Below, piece by piece: positions 46,501-57,568 of a DNA stretch of 64,000 bases. Location of the stretch: NCBI GenBank assembly GCA_977017575.1, contig CDRNVI010000028.1, positions 1-64,000 on the forward strand, given 5' to 3'. This stretch comes from Paramoeba atlantica (Eukaryota; Protista; Discosea). Below the pieces are notes generated by a model that was not told where the DNA came from, made no database searches, and was given only the letters and a program-made list of their open reading frames with translations. Made by a program: the position numbers and the translations under genes. How positions within the stretch are numbered: position 1 is the stretch's first letter; every line of letters begins with the position of its first letter.

Positions 46501-46609
46501 CGTCGCCAAAAAAAAGCGAGGGAACGAAATGTTACAGAAACGGTATCTTTATTGCCTAGGAAGATTCCTTTCTACCCCAATGGGGTACTAAACCCCCGCT
46601 CACGAAAAG

Positions 46610-47558
46610 TAACCCCCCTCTTTTTTTTCGTACAAATGTCTGTTTGAGCTGATTTTTGTTGCATTTTGCAGATCTCAACACAAGGACTTTGCGCGTGAAA
46701 GAAACGAATACGCACAATTTAGAGAAGAATTACCATTTTGTCACTTTTTCGCCCTTCAATCTTATACAGTCCTTAAGTTGAGAATCAGAACTTAATACTG
46801 TTTTGTCGATCACTTTTTGAGTTAAAGAAGACCATGCTTTACGTACACATCGGATAAGTGAAGGTTTGTCCGATGGCGTTTGTTCGTCTACCGCCTCTTG
46901 GACCGTATACCAGACGTTTTCTATGGGGGAAAGGTCGGGCGAGTTGGGGGGCCAGTTTCTTAGAACATCACTCATTCGATTCTCAATATACTCTTTGGAG
47001 GCACGGGCAGTATGTGCCGTTGCCCCATCCTGTTGAAATACACTATTAGGTGGGAAATCTACCTGTTTTAATGTTTCTATGTAAGTCTCTCTTGTAATAG
47101 ATGTGTCATTTCGTAGAGTAACCAAATACCTCCACCCCACTCCTACAGCACCCCAAACTTGGCATCTTGGTGCCCAACGTACTTTTTGACGCGGGGCTGC
47201 TTTTTGACCGCGCTTTACCCACATGTGTCTTCTGCTATCGTTGGTATCGAATATCTTTTCGTCCGTAAAAATAACACGGGCAGTATCCAATTTGTAATTC
47301 AAAGCAAATTGAACTCTTTTTTTGCTTTCGTCGTTCGGTAAGCCCTTGGCATACTGGCCGAGCGGCATAATTGTAATCCAGCGATGCTAGATCTCGCTTT
47401 ACAGTGCTTTGCGAAACTTGTATACCTTTTTTACACAGTTGGCCTTTTATACGCCTTGAAGAATTGAATTTTGGTACCCCAGCGGGGTCGAGGGGAGCCA
47501 ATATCTTTTCACTTTTCTTTTTGCGAGATTCGATTTTTTTAATGGTCACAGGACTCAA
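46610..47558 (-). mobile_element. Tc1-like transposase (DD35E) with a single frameshift in an A7 run
   Basis: HTH ORF 47235..47558 plus DDE ORF 46730..47368 (IFTDEK, QQDGA, SPDLSPIE, 35 residues between D and E). One extra A at 47317-47323. Confidence 0.88.
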
Positions 47559-47740
47559 AGTGTATTCCCCGCTACATTTTTTTTCGTTCAGATATTTTTT
47601 GATTATCCTTCTAGAGACGTTAAATGGGATTATTGTTTTATCGGAACACCTTCTCCCTGTCTCATCTTCAGAAGAACCTTGCCACTATCCGTAAGCCCCC
47701 CTTTTGGGAGCCGATATGATGAGCGGCACATTCACTCATA

Positions 47741-48491
47741 CACTGTCGTTCAGCTATAAGTCCCCCCCCCTTTATTCTTCGGTCGCTCGTCCGTTTGACC
47801 TAATTCCTGCGGCAAACGAGAGATCTCGATCCCTAGCCTATCTTTGTGGGTCTTCTTGTAAGAACTTAATATACGCTTTTGGCACTCAAAATACTGTTCA
47901 AAAATGAGATTTTCCAATGTACAGTCAAATTTTCTCTTTTTTTGTCATTGACACTACCCTTTTTATACCCATGGTGAGGAACCACAGGCCGAGTTACCTC
48001 AACTCGGATCGTACGACGCTGGCAATGCGCATTTCGTTTGTTATTGAACGAAAATGCGGTGCTTCCACCACTTCCATTTCTAAAAAATATAAAATTGATA
48101 AAAAAACGGTACGAAAATGGGTAAAAAGGTACGATGGAAAAATAAATGTGTTCTCAGAGTATTTAAAAAGTATGAACAAGGTGTTGGAGAACGGGGGGTG
48201 GCATATTGGATATTAAGCTTGTCTTTGTGTTATCTTCTTTTCCTGCAGTGATTGTATTTATGGGGTTTTACCCGGTAAATATATCAAAAAATGGAACATT
48301 TTTTTAAAAAAATCATTTGTTCGGCTCCTTTTTTTCAAAAAATAATTCGACCCTAATGAGTCGAGAAAAACCAGTTTAAACAGCGGGAAACGCACCTATG
48401 TAAAATTCTCTACACGTTTAAAAAAAAGATTATAAAAAACAGACCAGTCTTTCAAAATTCGATGGGGGGGACTTATAGCTGAACGACAGTG
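47741..48491 (+). mobile_element. Internally deleted TA-flanked element with HTH remnant
   Basis: Perfect 28-bp TIR cactgtcgttcagctataagtccccccc, TA on both sides. ORF has SISKKYKIDKKTVRKWVKRY (HTH). Confidence 0.9.
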
Positions 48492-48959
48492 TAAGTGTAA
48501 GTGTATATAAAGTGTATATAAGCGAAAGTAGCAAATATGTGTATAAAGATATTTATAAATTATAAATATTTACAATATACATGTATGTGTATAAGTGTAT
48601 GTCTACATACAACCTTGTATAACCGTAAGTGTATATACAGTGGTTTCAAGATATCTTCCCCCCCGCGGAATTTTAAGTTTTTTTATATGTTTTTTCTCAT
48701 TTTCGCAGCATTGGATAGATCTCGTTTCTCTGGTGAAGAGCTTTGCTGCTGTGAAACTGCTCTGTGAAACGCTTTTTTTCTGCTATAAGCTATTGCGGAA
48801 CGTGAGATCTAAGGCCCTTGTCGAAAGTGAGGGTCAAAGTTTTCTGTGATGTTCTCCCCTCTATCCTAGTTTTTCCTGTTTTTTTCTTCAAAAACATAAT
48901 TTTTTGAAAATCTATAATATTTTTCTGAAAAATTAGGAATGGTATTTATAGAAATTAAT

Positions 48960-49254
48960 GAGAAGAGGAGTATATAAAGGGGGGGTCTGAATTTTTCCCC
49001 CGCTGTGAAAAAGTGTAAAAACAAAGGCCGCGCCGCTTCGCGGTGCGGCTCATCCAGTTTTCCTGCCTTTCCTTCTATATCACCTCCCATTTCTAGAAGA
49101 AAAGGCTTGGAACGTTCCCGTTTTTTTCCTAAATTTTTCAGAAAAATTACTAAAAATTGAAAAAAAAATGCCCCCCCTTCGGGGGGGGGCACACACGAAA
49201 AACGAAGTATAAAGGGGGGGATCTGACCAGCGAAGTATAAAGGGGGGGTCACAG
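48960..49254. mobile_element. Right end of the ctgtgaccccccc TIR family
   Basis: Repeated tataaagggggggg ending gtcacag|TA. Hairpins gccgcgccgc-ttc-gcggtgcggc and ccccc-ttcg-ggggg. Confidence 0.65.
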
Positions 49255-49394
49255 TACTTAAAAAAAGAGAAAGAACGGACACGCAACAAAAAATGAAAAA
49301 TTCCCAGGAGGGGCAAGATCAATGCCCACCTGTACATGTGTGTGTATGTATTTACCCCGCCCTACGTGCCTGGGTTAACTTACACTGATCTATT

Positions 49395-50001
49395 TCAGTA
49401 TTTACGTATGCCTGTTCCAGCGACGCTCAAGCTTCCGGATTGCAACCCCCAAGGTAACGTTGACACGAATACATTGCCCGAGAGCCCTACATTCCGAGAC
49501 AAGTAAACACAAGTTAAATTCGGCGGTAAATTTGCGAAATACACAGGACCTGAAAGATTATTATCACCAACAAAAAGTCGCTCCATTGTTTTTGGAGCGT
49601 CCTCAAGGTAACTAATGCTTCCGGAAAATTGGTTTGTTCCCGCACTGAAGTACTTCAACTTGCGAGGTACACTGTATGTCTTTGAGAACAATGCTACCTG
49701 ATAACCTGTTCGCATCGAGACGCAGCTCAAGAAGACTTTCCGGCAGACTTTTCCAATCAAGAGTTCCCTGTAGTTTTCTCGATGCCCAGTCGATACTTGT
49801 TACTTCTCCGTCCTCATTGCAGCTCACGCCATCCCACTGACACGCAGGAGTGTGTGATTCCCACGAGGGATGTAGAATAGACACGTTCTGAAGAAACAGT
49901 AAAAGTCGATATTCTTGCGACGTTGCAGCACTTACGCGACCCAACCGTGCAGAGGTGTAACTTGGGTCTGCGGCAAACAATCCCAGGCAATAATCATACA
50001 T
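49395..50001 (-). pseudogene. LRR family gene with a one-base frameshift
   Basis: AADPSYTSARLGRVSAATSQEYRL in ORF 49612..50001. LRRs continue in ORF 49395..49760, with the shift near 49680. Confidence 0.8.
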
Positions 50002-50256
50002 TGGTACCAGTGGCTATGAAATAATAAAAAAATATTCCAAAAAAGGAGGTACAAGGTTAATTAAGACTTCTGCATGAGTGTGTATGGGAAATCATTCAAA
50101 TCAGTGATCTCTAAACATGTAGCGAACCGCACTAAGAATAATAGTTCGATAGCTCGTAGGCGTAGTTTGTTAAGAGTAAGCGAAACTTTTAAAGGAGGCT
50201 GGGGCTATAAGACAAGTGCGATTTCCGAAGGAACACAATCTACCCGGACCAACGTT

Positions 50257-50865
50257 TCAGGAATTCGTACAAACAAGCATTGTTTCATGCGTACTGAGAC
50301 ACAATACGGGCGAAAGCTTTGCGACATTGACGTGCCCTTGGAGCTCTTTATTGCAACTTAAGTCAAGTAGTGTCAACTTTAGCGGTATTTTTTGAAGATT
50401 TACGTGACCAGAAAAACGATTCCGAGAAAGATCCAGATCTCTCAACGACTGCGGTAATAGATTTAAATTTAACGACCCCGTAAATCGATTTAGACTTAAA
50501 TTTAAACAGGACAACTTGGGAGGGAGTTCCTCGAGTTGGATCTCTCCACCCAATTGGTTCATGGACAAATCCACATGAATAAGCGAGCGAGGGAGCGCGG
50601 ACAAATTTACTGTCCCCTTCAGCGCAAGGTTTAACCAGATAAGAGATCTCACCTGATTACTTTGAAAGCAAATTACACCATTCCATTTTCCGGGGGAGTT
50701 GTGGATATTCCACGAGGGAGGAGTGTTTCCCATGTCTTGTACAAGCTTCTCGAGTTCATATTCCTGGGGTAAATTCGAGTGGTGCACTTTGGAGGCACGT
50801 GAAGGTGATGATGATGCGTCACTTGAAGAAGCTCTGGAGATGCCACCTAGAGATGAACATGGCAT
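50257..50865 (-). CDS. LRR family protein
   Basis: SKVHHSNLPQEYEL, WNGVIC cap, 4-5 LRRs. Confidence 0.85.
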   Translation of the reverse strand: MPCSSLGGISRASSSDASSSPSRASKVHHSNLPQEYELEKLVQDMGNTPPSWNIHNSPGKWNGVICFQSNQVRSLIWLNLALKGTVNLSALPRSLIHVDLSMNQLGGEIQLEELPPKLSCLNLSLNRFTGSLNLNLLPQSLRDLDLSRNRFSGHVNLQKIPLKLTLLDLSCNKELQGHVNVAKLSPVLCLSTHETMLVCTNS

Positions 50866-51364
50866 GATATGCGTTCCTCAAAATGAAGAAAAATGAAGGA
50901 CAAGGAAAAAAGTATATTAAATGTGTTAAAAAAGTTAATCATAAAGTTCTGCATCATTTCATCATATTCAATGCATAAAGGACGTTCAATAATCTCCCGA
51001 ATGAATATAGCTTGTCAGTTTGGTAGTTCGAAAAAGTTTCGAATGATCGTAAAACAAGAAAGAGAAAAATAAGATTGTTTCATCTCTATTTTATCCACTA
51101 CAATTTTTCGAGCTTTAAAATTTACAACATTGGTCTCTACTTTGACGCTATTTGGAATAGCGTTTATGAAATAATTTCATAACACTTTTTGCAGTCACAT
51201 CTGCTGTTTCCTCCCCATCTTAATACATTCGAGTCCTTTCTATTTCTTATTCCACTTTCCCACCGAATTTATTGCAAACCGAACCCCACCCATACGCTGT
51301 TCAAACATTTACACAAGCGAGTAATTCTTTTCCTTCTAAAACCCCCTTTCTTTTTGAAACATTT

Positions 51365-53908
51365 CTACGACCCACACGCCAGGCACTCCCCCTCCTCCTC
51401 GTCAGCTGCACTACGAGCGGCATCATCCACTGTCGGAGGTCCGGGCCGGAGAGGAGAACGAATATCACTTCTTTCTCCCCCCTCCCTCTCCTGCTGCGTA
51501 CGCTTCGAGCCTACTTTCGAGGGAGAGGTCGTGGCTGCCACTTTTTTTTTCTCCACAGATCCTTTCCCCTCGAGTCGCGCGGTATCGACGGTAAACTTAA
51601 TCGCATCCACGGCCGGACGGGAGCGCAAATAATACATCCCTGTCTTCAGCCCTTTCTTCCAGCCGTAAAAGTGCATCGAGGTGATTTGCGCGCTGCTGGG
51701 GGTCTCCAAAAACAGATTCAGTGACTGGCTCTGGCAAATGTACTTCCCCCGGGCCACGGCCATATCGAGAATGTCCTTTTGTTTGATTTCCCACACGGTG
51801 CGGTAGAGCTCCTTGTACTCCTGTGGGAGGCTTGGGAGAGTTTGCACGCTGCCGTTGGCGGCTATAATGGCGTTCCGCGTGTCCTCATTCCAAATCCCCA
51901 GTCGGATAAGATCCCGTACCAGATATTTATTCACCACAGGGAACTCGCCGCTGAGTACACGACGCACGTAGAGGTTACTGGTAAAGGGCTCAAAGCACTC
52001 ATTGTTTCCAAGGATTTGAGATGTCGAGGCCGTAGGCATGGGAGCTAGTAGCAGAGAATTTCGCATGCCATGCTGTTGGATTCGGACCCGCAGCGCATCC
52101 CAGTCCCATCGACCACTGGGAGGTTTCTCCCCCCATAAGTCAAACTGGAATTGTCCCTGACTCATAGGACTACCCGGGAACGTCTCATACGGGCCGAACT
52201 GCTTAGCGAGTTCACAGGAGGCTTCGGCGGCGCCAAAATAAATAGTTTCAAAAATTTCATCGTTGAGTTTTTGAGCCTCAGCGGAGGCAAAGGGGAGTCG
52301 GAGGCGAAGAAAGGCGTCTGCGAGACCCTGGACGCCAATCCCAATCGGACGGTGTCGTAGATTACTCCGACGTGCCTCCTGGACGGGGTAGTGGTTGCGG
52401 TCAATGATACGGTTCAGGGAGATGGTCACAAAGGCGGCATCGTTGCGCAGTTTTTCAAAATCAAAGTAAGGGAGAGGGGTGGCATCTTTAGTACTCTCAC
52501 CTTGAGCTGGTTCCTGTTCTCGCACGTACATGGGGAGCGCAATGGAAGCAAGATTGCACACTGCAACTTCCTCCGGGCTGGTGTACTCCACAATCTCGGT
52601 GCACAAATTACTACACTGGATAGTGCCAAGGTTTTTCTGGTTGGATTTCCGATTGCACGCATCCTTGTATAACATGTACGGAGTACCAGTCTCAATTTGA
52701 CTCTCCACAATCGTAAACCACAGCTCCTGGGCTTGGACCGTACGAACCCCCACCCCCTCCTGTTCGTACTTCTCATACAGCTTTTCAAATTCCTCGCCGT
52801 ACGTCTCAGGAAGCCCTGGGGCGGTGTTCGGGTCAAACAATGTCCACGTTCCCTTCTCCTGCACCCGTTTCATAAACAGATCCGGAATCCACAACCCGTA
52901 GAACAAATCCCGCGCACGCATCTCCTCCTTCCCCGTGTTACGCTTCAACGAGAGAAAGTCAAAAATATCCGCATGCCAGGGCTCGAGATAAATCGCAAAC
53001 GCCCCTTTCCGCTTCCCCCCTCCCTGATCCACATACCTTGCCGTGTCATTAAACACCCGCAACATCGGCACCAGCCCATTCGAGGTCCCATTCGTCCCTT
53101 TAATATACGACCCCGCGGCCCGGATCTCATGCACATGCAACCCAATCCCCCCGGCACTCTTCGAAATCACCGCACACCGTCGCAACGTGTCATAAATCCC
53201 CGCAATCGAATCCGACACCGTGGAGAGCAAAAAACAACTGCTCATCTGCGGGGCCGGGGTTCCCGCATTAAACAACGTCGGGGTGGCATGGGTAAACCAC
53301 CCTTGGGAGAGTAACCCATAGGCCTTCACCACCCCCTCCATGTCCTCCCCGTGAATCCCCAGCGCCACACGCATTAGCATGTACTGCGGGCGCTCCACCA
53401 CAATCCGCTTCCCCTGTTTTTCAACCCGAAGCAGATAGCTTCGCTCCAACGTCTTGTACCCGAAGTACTCGTAGTTGAGATCATTGGAGGGCAGTAGAGC
53501 GTTTTGCAACAGAGCTTCATTTTGTTTTGCGAGATTATAAATAAAAGGGGAAATAATGGGGGAGGGCTCACCGGTGACGGGGTTGGTGTAGTTGTAGAGC
53601 AGTGTCATGGCTTCCAGGAAGGTATCCGGTGTCGTTTTATAGAGCGCCGTGAGAGCGAGACGACCCGCGAGTTTGCCGTAGTCCGGGTGCTGGGTGGATC
53701 GGGAGGCGGCGGTTTGTGCCAGGAGCTCATCCAGGGCCTCGGTGGAGATGTTGGGGTAGGTGCCGGCGAGGACGGCGTCGACCAGGGAGGGGGTGTCGAG
53801 GTAGCGGGTGTCGAGATCGGAGGTGAGGAGGGCGACCCGGGTGAGGAGTTTGGTGCGTTCGAGGTGTTGGGTGGAGTGGTTGCGTTTGACGACGGAGACG
53901 ATGGTCAT
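51365..53908 (-). CDS. RRM1: Ribonucleoside-diphosphate reductase large subunit (class Ia)
   Basis: [55 protein letters not shown] and a C-terminal CLACGS. Start placed at [10 protein letters not shown] after a polypyrimidine tract. Confidence 0.98.
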   Translation of the reverse strand: MTIVSVVKRNHSTQHLERTKLLTRVALLTSDLDTRYLDTPSLVDAVLAGTYPNISTEALDELLAQTAASRSTQHPDYGKLAGRLALTALYKTTPDTFLEAMTLLYNYTNPVTGEPSPIISPFIYNLAKQNEALLQNALLPSNDLNYEYFGYKTLERSYLLRVEKQGKRIVVERPQYMLMRVALGIHGEDMEGVVKAYGLLSQGWFTHATPTLFNAGTPAPQMSSCFLLSTVSDSIAGIYDTLRRCAVISKSAGGIGLHVHEIRAAGSYIKGTNGTSNGLVPMLRVFNDTARYVDQGGGKRKGAFAIYLEPWHADIFDFLSLKRNTGKEEMRARDLFYGLWIPDLFMKRVQEKGTWTLFDPNTAPGLPETYGEEFEKLYEKYEQEGVGVRTVQAQELWFTIVESQIETGTPYMLYKDACNRKSNQKNLGTIQCSNLCTEIVEYTSPEEVAVCNLASIALPMYVREQEPAQGESTKDATPLPYFDFEKLRNDAAFVTISLNRIIDRNHYPVQEARRSNLRHRPIGIGVQGLADAFLRLRLPFASAEAQKLNDEIFETIYFGAAEASCELAKQFGPYETFPGSPMSQGQFQFDLWGEKPPSGRWDWDALRVRIQQHGMRNSLLLAPMPTASTSQILGNNECFEPFTSNLYVRRVLSGEFPVVNKYLVRDLIRLGIWNEDTRNAIIAANGSVQTLPSLPQEYKELYRTVWEIKQKDILDMAVARGKYICQSQSLNLFLETPSSAQITSMHFYGWKKGLKTGMYYLRSRPAVDAIKFTVDTARLEGKGSVEKKKVAATTSPSKVGSKRTQQEREGGERSDIRSPLRPGPPTVDDAARSAADEEEGECLACGS

Positions 53909-54440
53909 GGGAGAGGAGAGGAGAGAGGGGGGATGTGAGGACGGGGGATAGAGAGGTGTAGGAAAGAAAGGAGAAATTTGACGAGAGCGATGTGTGTATG
54001 TGTGGGCTTGTATTTCTTGGTGAAGGGTGAGAGTTTCACCAGCGAAGAATGATGAGAGGGGGTCTGATGATCTAGATGACAGCAAGAGAGTAAAAAACTG
54101 AAAGTTACGCACCAAAACTCCCGCTATTGAACGATAAATACTACTAGTATTTTGTTTTATCAGACTGCGAAAAAATTACATAATTAATCTTATATGCGCC
54201 ATAGTGCCTGGTTGAGCCTCGTAGCTCGTTAGTTCTTCTACTGAACTTGAAGGTGGGTGGAGCTCGTAGCCGTTCAATTTACGCTCTGCGTATGTTGCGT
54301 AAATTGCGGGTGTTGTTTACAACCTCTGCCTCTCCCTTCTTTATGGTGTCCGGGGTAGGGTGGATCCAGAAGGGTGAGAAAAGAAGGCCCAGTCCCCCCT
54401 CTATCCTCGATTTGGGCACAAACCACGGTGTTTAAAAACG

Positions 54441-54530
54441 TAGGTCCCGGGACTCGAACCCAGGTAGTCCAGTGGGTAAGACCTGACCTTCATAATCTAG
54501 TGGTCGAAGGTTCGACTCCCTGCGGTTACA
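54441..54530. pseudogene. tRNA-derived remnant (Met-like) fused to an inverted T-arm
   Basis: Plus strand: TAGTCCAGTGGGTAAGAC (A box), TTCATAA (CAT loop), GGTTCGACTCC (B box), but the stems are broken. Minus strand: CTGGG-TTCGAGT-CCCGG T-arm at 54441-54464. Confidence 0.35.
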
Positions 54531-54870
54531 TTTTCAGCCATACGCGGCGTCGTTAGTGAGAAGCAATTTGCGAAGCCGAAGGGGGGGCATGGCGAGGGCC
54601 CACGTGAGCGGGCCTCAGAAAAACCTTAGAAAAAGGAACTCATAAGCGTACCAGAATTAGGGGAACTGATAAACAGGGGGGAGGTATAGTACTGTCCCCC
54701 GTATTTACAAAAGAAATATATGAACATCCTAGTACTACCCACTACTACTAGTAGGTAAACTCTACTAGTAGTAATACTGTATAAAGCAAGACACAAGAAA
54801 CCCCGAATCGTCATTTCGGAAGAGACGTTCTTTCAAGATCACATTCCAGAGCCCATGGGTAAGCAGTTGG

Positions 54871-56090
54871 GGTGAAAGTCAAGCATTATTTCACAAAAAA
54901 AAACTTTTTTGTTGATGTTCTCATTTGATCATATTTTACTTACAAAGTGTTTTTTAGGATATTTTTCGCATATTTCTGCACCATTCTCGATGGATTACTC
55001 GTTTTGCCCCAATTTCCAATGTACAGACAGTATTAGCTATAGTGTGCTCGCCCGCGCCCCCGAAAATGATATTGTCGAGTGGTTGAAAGGCCACAAACTT
55101 GTTTTCCAGAGCGTCAGCTGTAGCAAGCGGCATGAAACTCGCATTTGCTTGCGGAAAGGCGATCATTGGGTCTGCCCCGATCGTTTGTGTCGGAGTCGTA
55201 CATACCACATGGAGCCACTCTTAGGTTCCTTCGGTCGCCGAACACCAAGCCAAATTCTTCAAGTTCTATATGGTATGGCGAACGGCAATGGTCGTGATCA
55301 ACTGACTCTGGAAACACTTTTAAGTAGTCAAACTGTCACAGAATTGACAAAAAAGTTGGAACGTATTGTTGCTTCCGTTTATGAAATGCGAACTGCGGCT
55401 GCACGAGGAACTGTTACTATCATGCAGAAGGACGAAACTTGCTTTTCTAAGCCAAAAAGGGGGGGTAATAACCGACCAGCCCGCATTCGCCAAGGGGGAT
55501 CAACCTGGGCAAACGTCCTGACACAGACCTCTCGTTCTCGGAAAGCTGAGCAGATATTTGTAAGCACGCTGGAAGACCGCCGTAGTTCCTCGACTAATGA
55601 CCCTGTGTTTGAACTGGCCGCAAGCGAACGTACCATTGTTCACACGGATGGATGGAGAGGCAGCAATGCCTTGGGCAACAGACTCAACCATGGAACAGTA
55701 AACCATCGCCGTCACTGGGTTGATCCTGTCACCGGGGTGCACACTCAGACTGCTGAGCGCATGAACGGGATGTTGAAAAAAGAAGTCCGCATACGGGGCA
55801 ACGGCACACTTGGTAGTGGAGTAGAAGCGCGAGACAACCGGCTGAAGTTCGCCGGAGAAGTTGTAAACGGCAAGCTGAAAAGAGGAGAACAAGACGGTCA
55901 TGCCCTCCGTCGCCTGTTTCAAGACGTGAAGTGGTATTGCGAGAACGTGGAAATCGTTCTAGAATAAGTTTAAGCTAGCGTTTAAGATAACTCGAAGAGA
56001 GGTTTAAGGTGCTATAAATTTTATAAAAGTCAATATGACCAGTCAATATGAGATTTTTCTGAAAGTGTGAAATAATGCTTGACTTTGACC
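54871..56090 (+). mobile_element. Apparently intact Merlin DNA transposon
   Basis: 8-bp TSD GCAGTTGG (54863-54870, 56091-56098). 25-bp TIR ggt(g/c)aaagtcaagcattatttcaca with one mismatch. Single uninterrupted ORF. Confidence 0.95.
54990..55967 (+). CDS. Merlin/ISXO2-like DDE transposase
   Basis: N-terminal Cys/His zinc-finger region, KDET (D), HTDGW (D), VNH..WVDPVTGVHTQTAE (E). The ORF is open from 54909. Confidence 0.92.
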   Translation: MDYSFCPNFQCTDSISYSVLARAPENDIVEWLKGHKLVFQSVSCSKRHETRICLRKGDHWVCPDRLCRSRTYHMEPLLGSFGRRTPSQILQVLYGMANGNGRDQLTLETLLSSQTVTELTKKLERIVASVYEMRTAAARGTVTIMQKDETCFSKPKRGGNNRPARIRQGGSTWANVLTQTSRSRKAEQIFVSTLEDRRSSSTNDPVFELAASERTIVHTDGWRGSNALGNRLNHGTVNHRRHWVDPVTGVHTQTAERMNGMLKKEVRIRGNGTLGSGVEARDNRLKFAGEVVNGKLKRGEQDGHALRRLFQDVKWYCENVEIVLE

Positions 56091-56188
56091 GCAGTTGGTT
56101 CCACAGAGGAACCAACTTGCGGGAGGGATGCCCCACGCACCCGAGCCGCTTTAGGCATATTATCCGCCGCATCTAAGAAAAAAGCCAT
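56091..56188 (-). pseudogene. LRR family N-terminal remnant at the Merlin insertion site
   Basis: MAFFLDAADNMPKAARVRGASLPQ. Only traces (CDLERTSLPK) remain on the far side of the Merlin. Confidence 0.65.
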
Positions 56189-56512
56189 TATGATAGTAGC
56201 CTTGAAAACAACAAAAAATGCGATGATTTGGATCACGATGATTCATTATGAGACTCCCTTTTAAGCCTTGATTGTGAGAACACACATGTATTCATGTGTC
56301 ACATACAGATGCATTCACGTGACACGCCGCATTACTAATGTCATTAGTAAGGTCTATCATTAGGATAGAAAAAAACCAGTTTGGGTTGTGAAAATCCCCG
56401 AAAAGTTATCAAAAAGAAATTCATGCCATGGTTACCCCGCTTCATTTCATTTAATATCTTCCGTTTCTATTCCTGAGGGGGGAATATTATGACGCAGACT
56501 GTATGTGCAAGC

Positions 56513-57145
56513 TCAATCCAACACTGTAATTTTTGTGTTCGTAAAGGTCTTGTATCTTATGCTTATCGGCAACAAATGCAAGTGTACTGTACCAGTAAGT
56601 TCGACGTTGTTGCGCAATGAAAGACTTACGATTACAGAAGGAAGATTGGTAAACGTTACGTGGCCATATAACTCATTCTCCGAGAGTATCAACGCATTTA
56701 GTGTCACTGGAAGGTTGCAAAGATCAACGTTACCAGTAAAACGATTGTACGAAGCGTTTAACGAGCTGAGTTTTGGGGGGAGATTTTCCAGTTCAATGTC
56801 TCCACTGAGTTTGTTACTATACACCGATAATCGAGTTAGCGATCGCGGGAGTGTACTCCATGAAAGTGTCCCGCGCAATAATTTGCTCTCAGCTTCAAAT
56901 TTTAGTATGGCGTCCCCGGAACAGATAACTCCTTTCCACTTGTGTGCAGGTACAGATGCATTCCAAGAGGGAAGAGGATTCTCTATGTTACTTACCATGC
57001 GTTCAAGATCGTACTCTAGAGGCAGTTGCATACCTCTTATTTTTCCAGCTTTCGTAATTTTACTAGTTGTGTCGGAGCAGTCAAGTATCTTAGGGTACTT
57101 ATGACCATACAGCAACTGCAAATCACACATGAGGATACGACACAC
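56513..57145 (-). CDS. LRR family protein
   Basis: GKIRGMQLPLEYDL, WKGVIC cap, 4-5 LRRs. Confidence 0.85.
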   Translation of the reverse strand: MCRILMCDLQLLYGHKYPKILDCSDTTSKITKAGKIRGMQLPLEYDLERMVSNIENPLPSWNASVPAHKWKGVICSGDAILKFEAESKLLRGTLSWSTLPRSLTRLSVYSNKLSGDIELENLPPKLSSLNASYNRFTGNVDLCNLPVTLNALILSENELYGHVTFTNLPSVIVSLSLRNNVELTGTVHLHLLPISIRYKTFTNTKITVLD

Positions 57146-57568
57146 GAAATGGTAAAAATATTTAGAAGGCTAGTTGATAAAAATGAATCGTCAATCCTGT
57201 ACACGCCTGTACACGCATGAGACAGAAAAGTATGCGTTTTTATACAAGCATACCTGGCGAATTATAGATTTACGCAATGAAGCGGGATGCTTACCTATCG
57301 TCACCAGTATTTCCATATATTTTGATTTGAACTTATTGTATGGTAACTCATCACGATTAGAATATTCATCTACATGTACATGTAAAATGTACAAGCAAAA
57401 TTTTTTATGTACAGGAGCTAATTTTTTAGTCGGGGTACAATATGTACAGGAACTTCCCTGATAGAATTGTCTCTAGTAGCCACAATGACTTTCATACACC
57501 ATTTCCGTCAATCTTTGTACAACCACCCCCATTTCCTTCCTCCCATTTCTACCCCCCCTTTCCCCACA

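Noticed and set aside
52697-53314. Long plus-strand ORFs opposite real genes (also 26516..26947, 34736..35212, 57974..58594, 23621..24235)
   Set aside because: Antisense shadows of skewed or low-complexity coding sequence, with no motifs.
53909-54115. 69-aa N-terminal extension of RRM1 from the ORF track
   Set aside because: It is the translated polypyrimidine and UTR region. Homology begins at [10 protein letters not shown].
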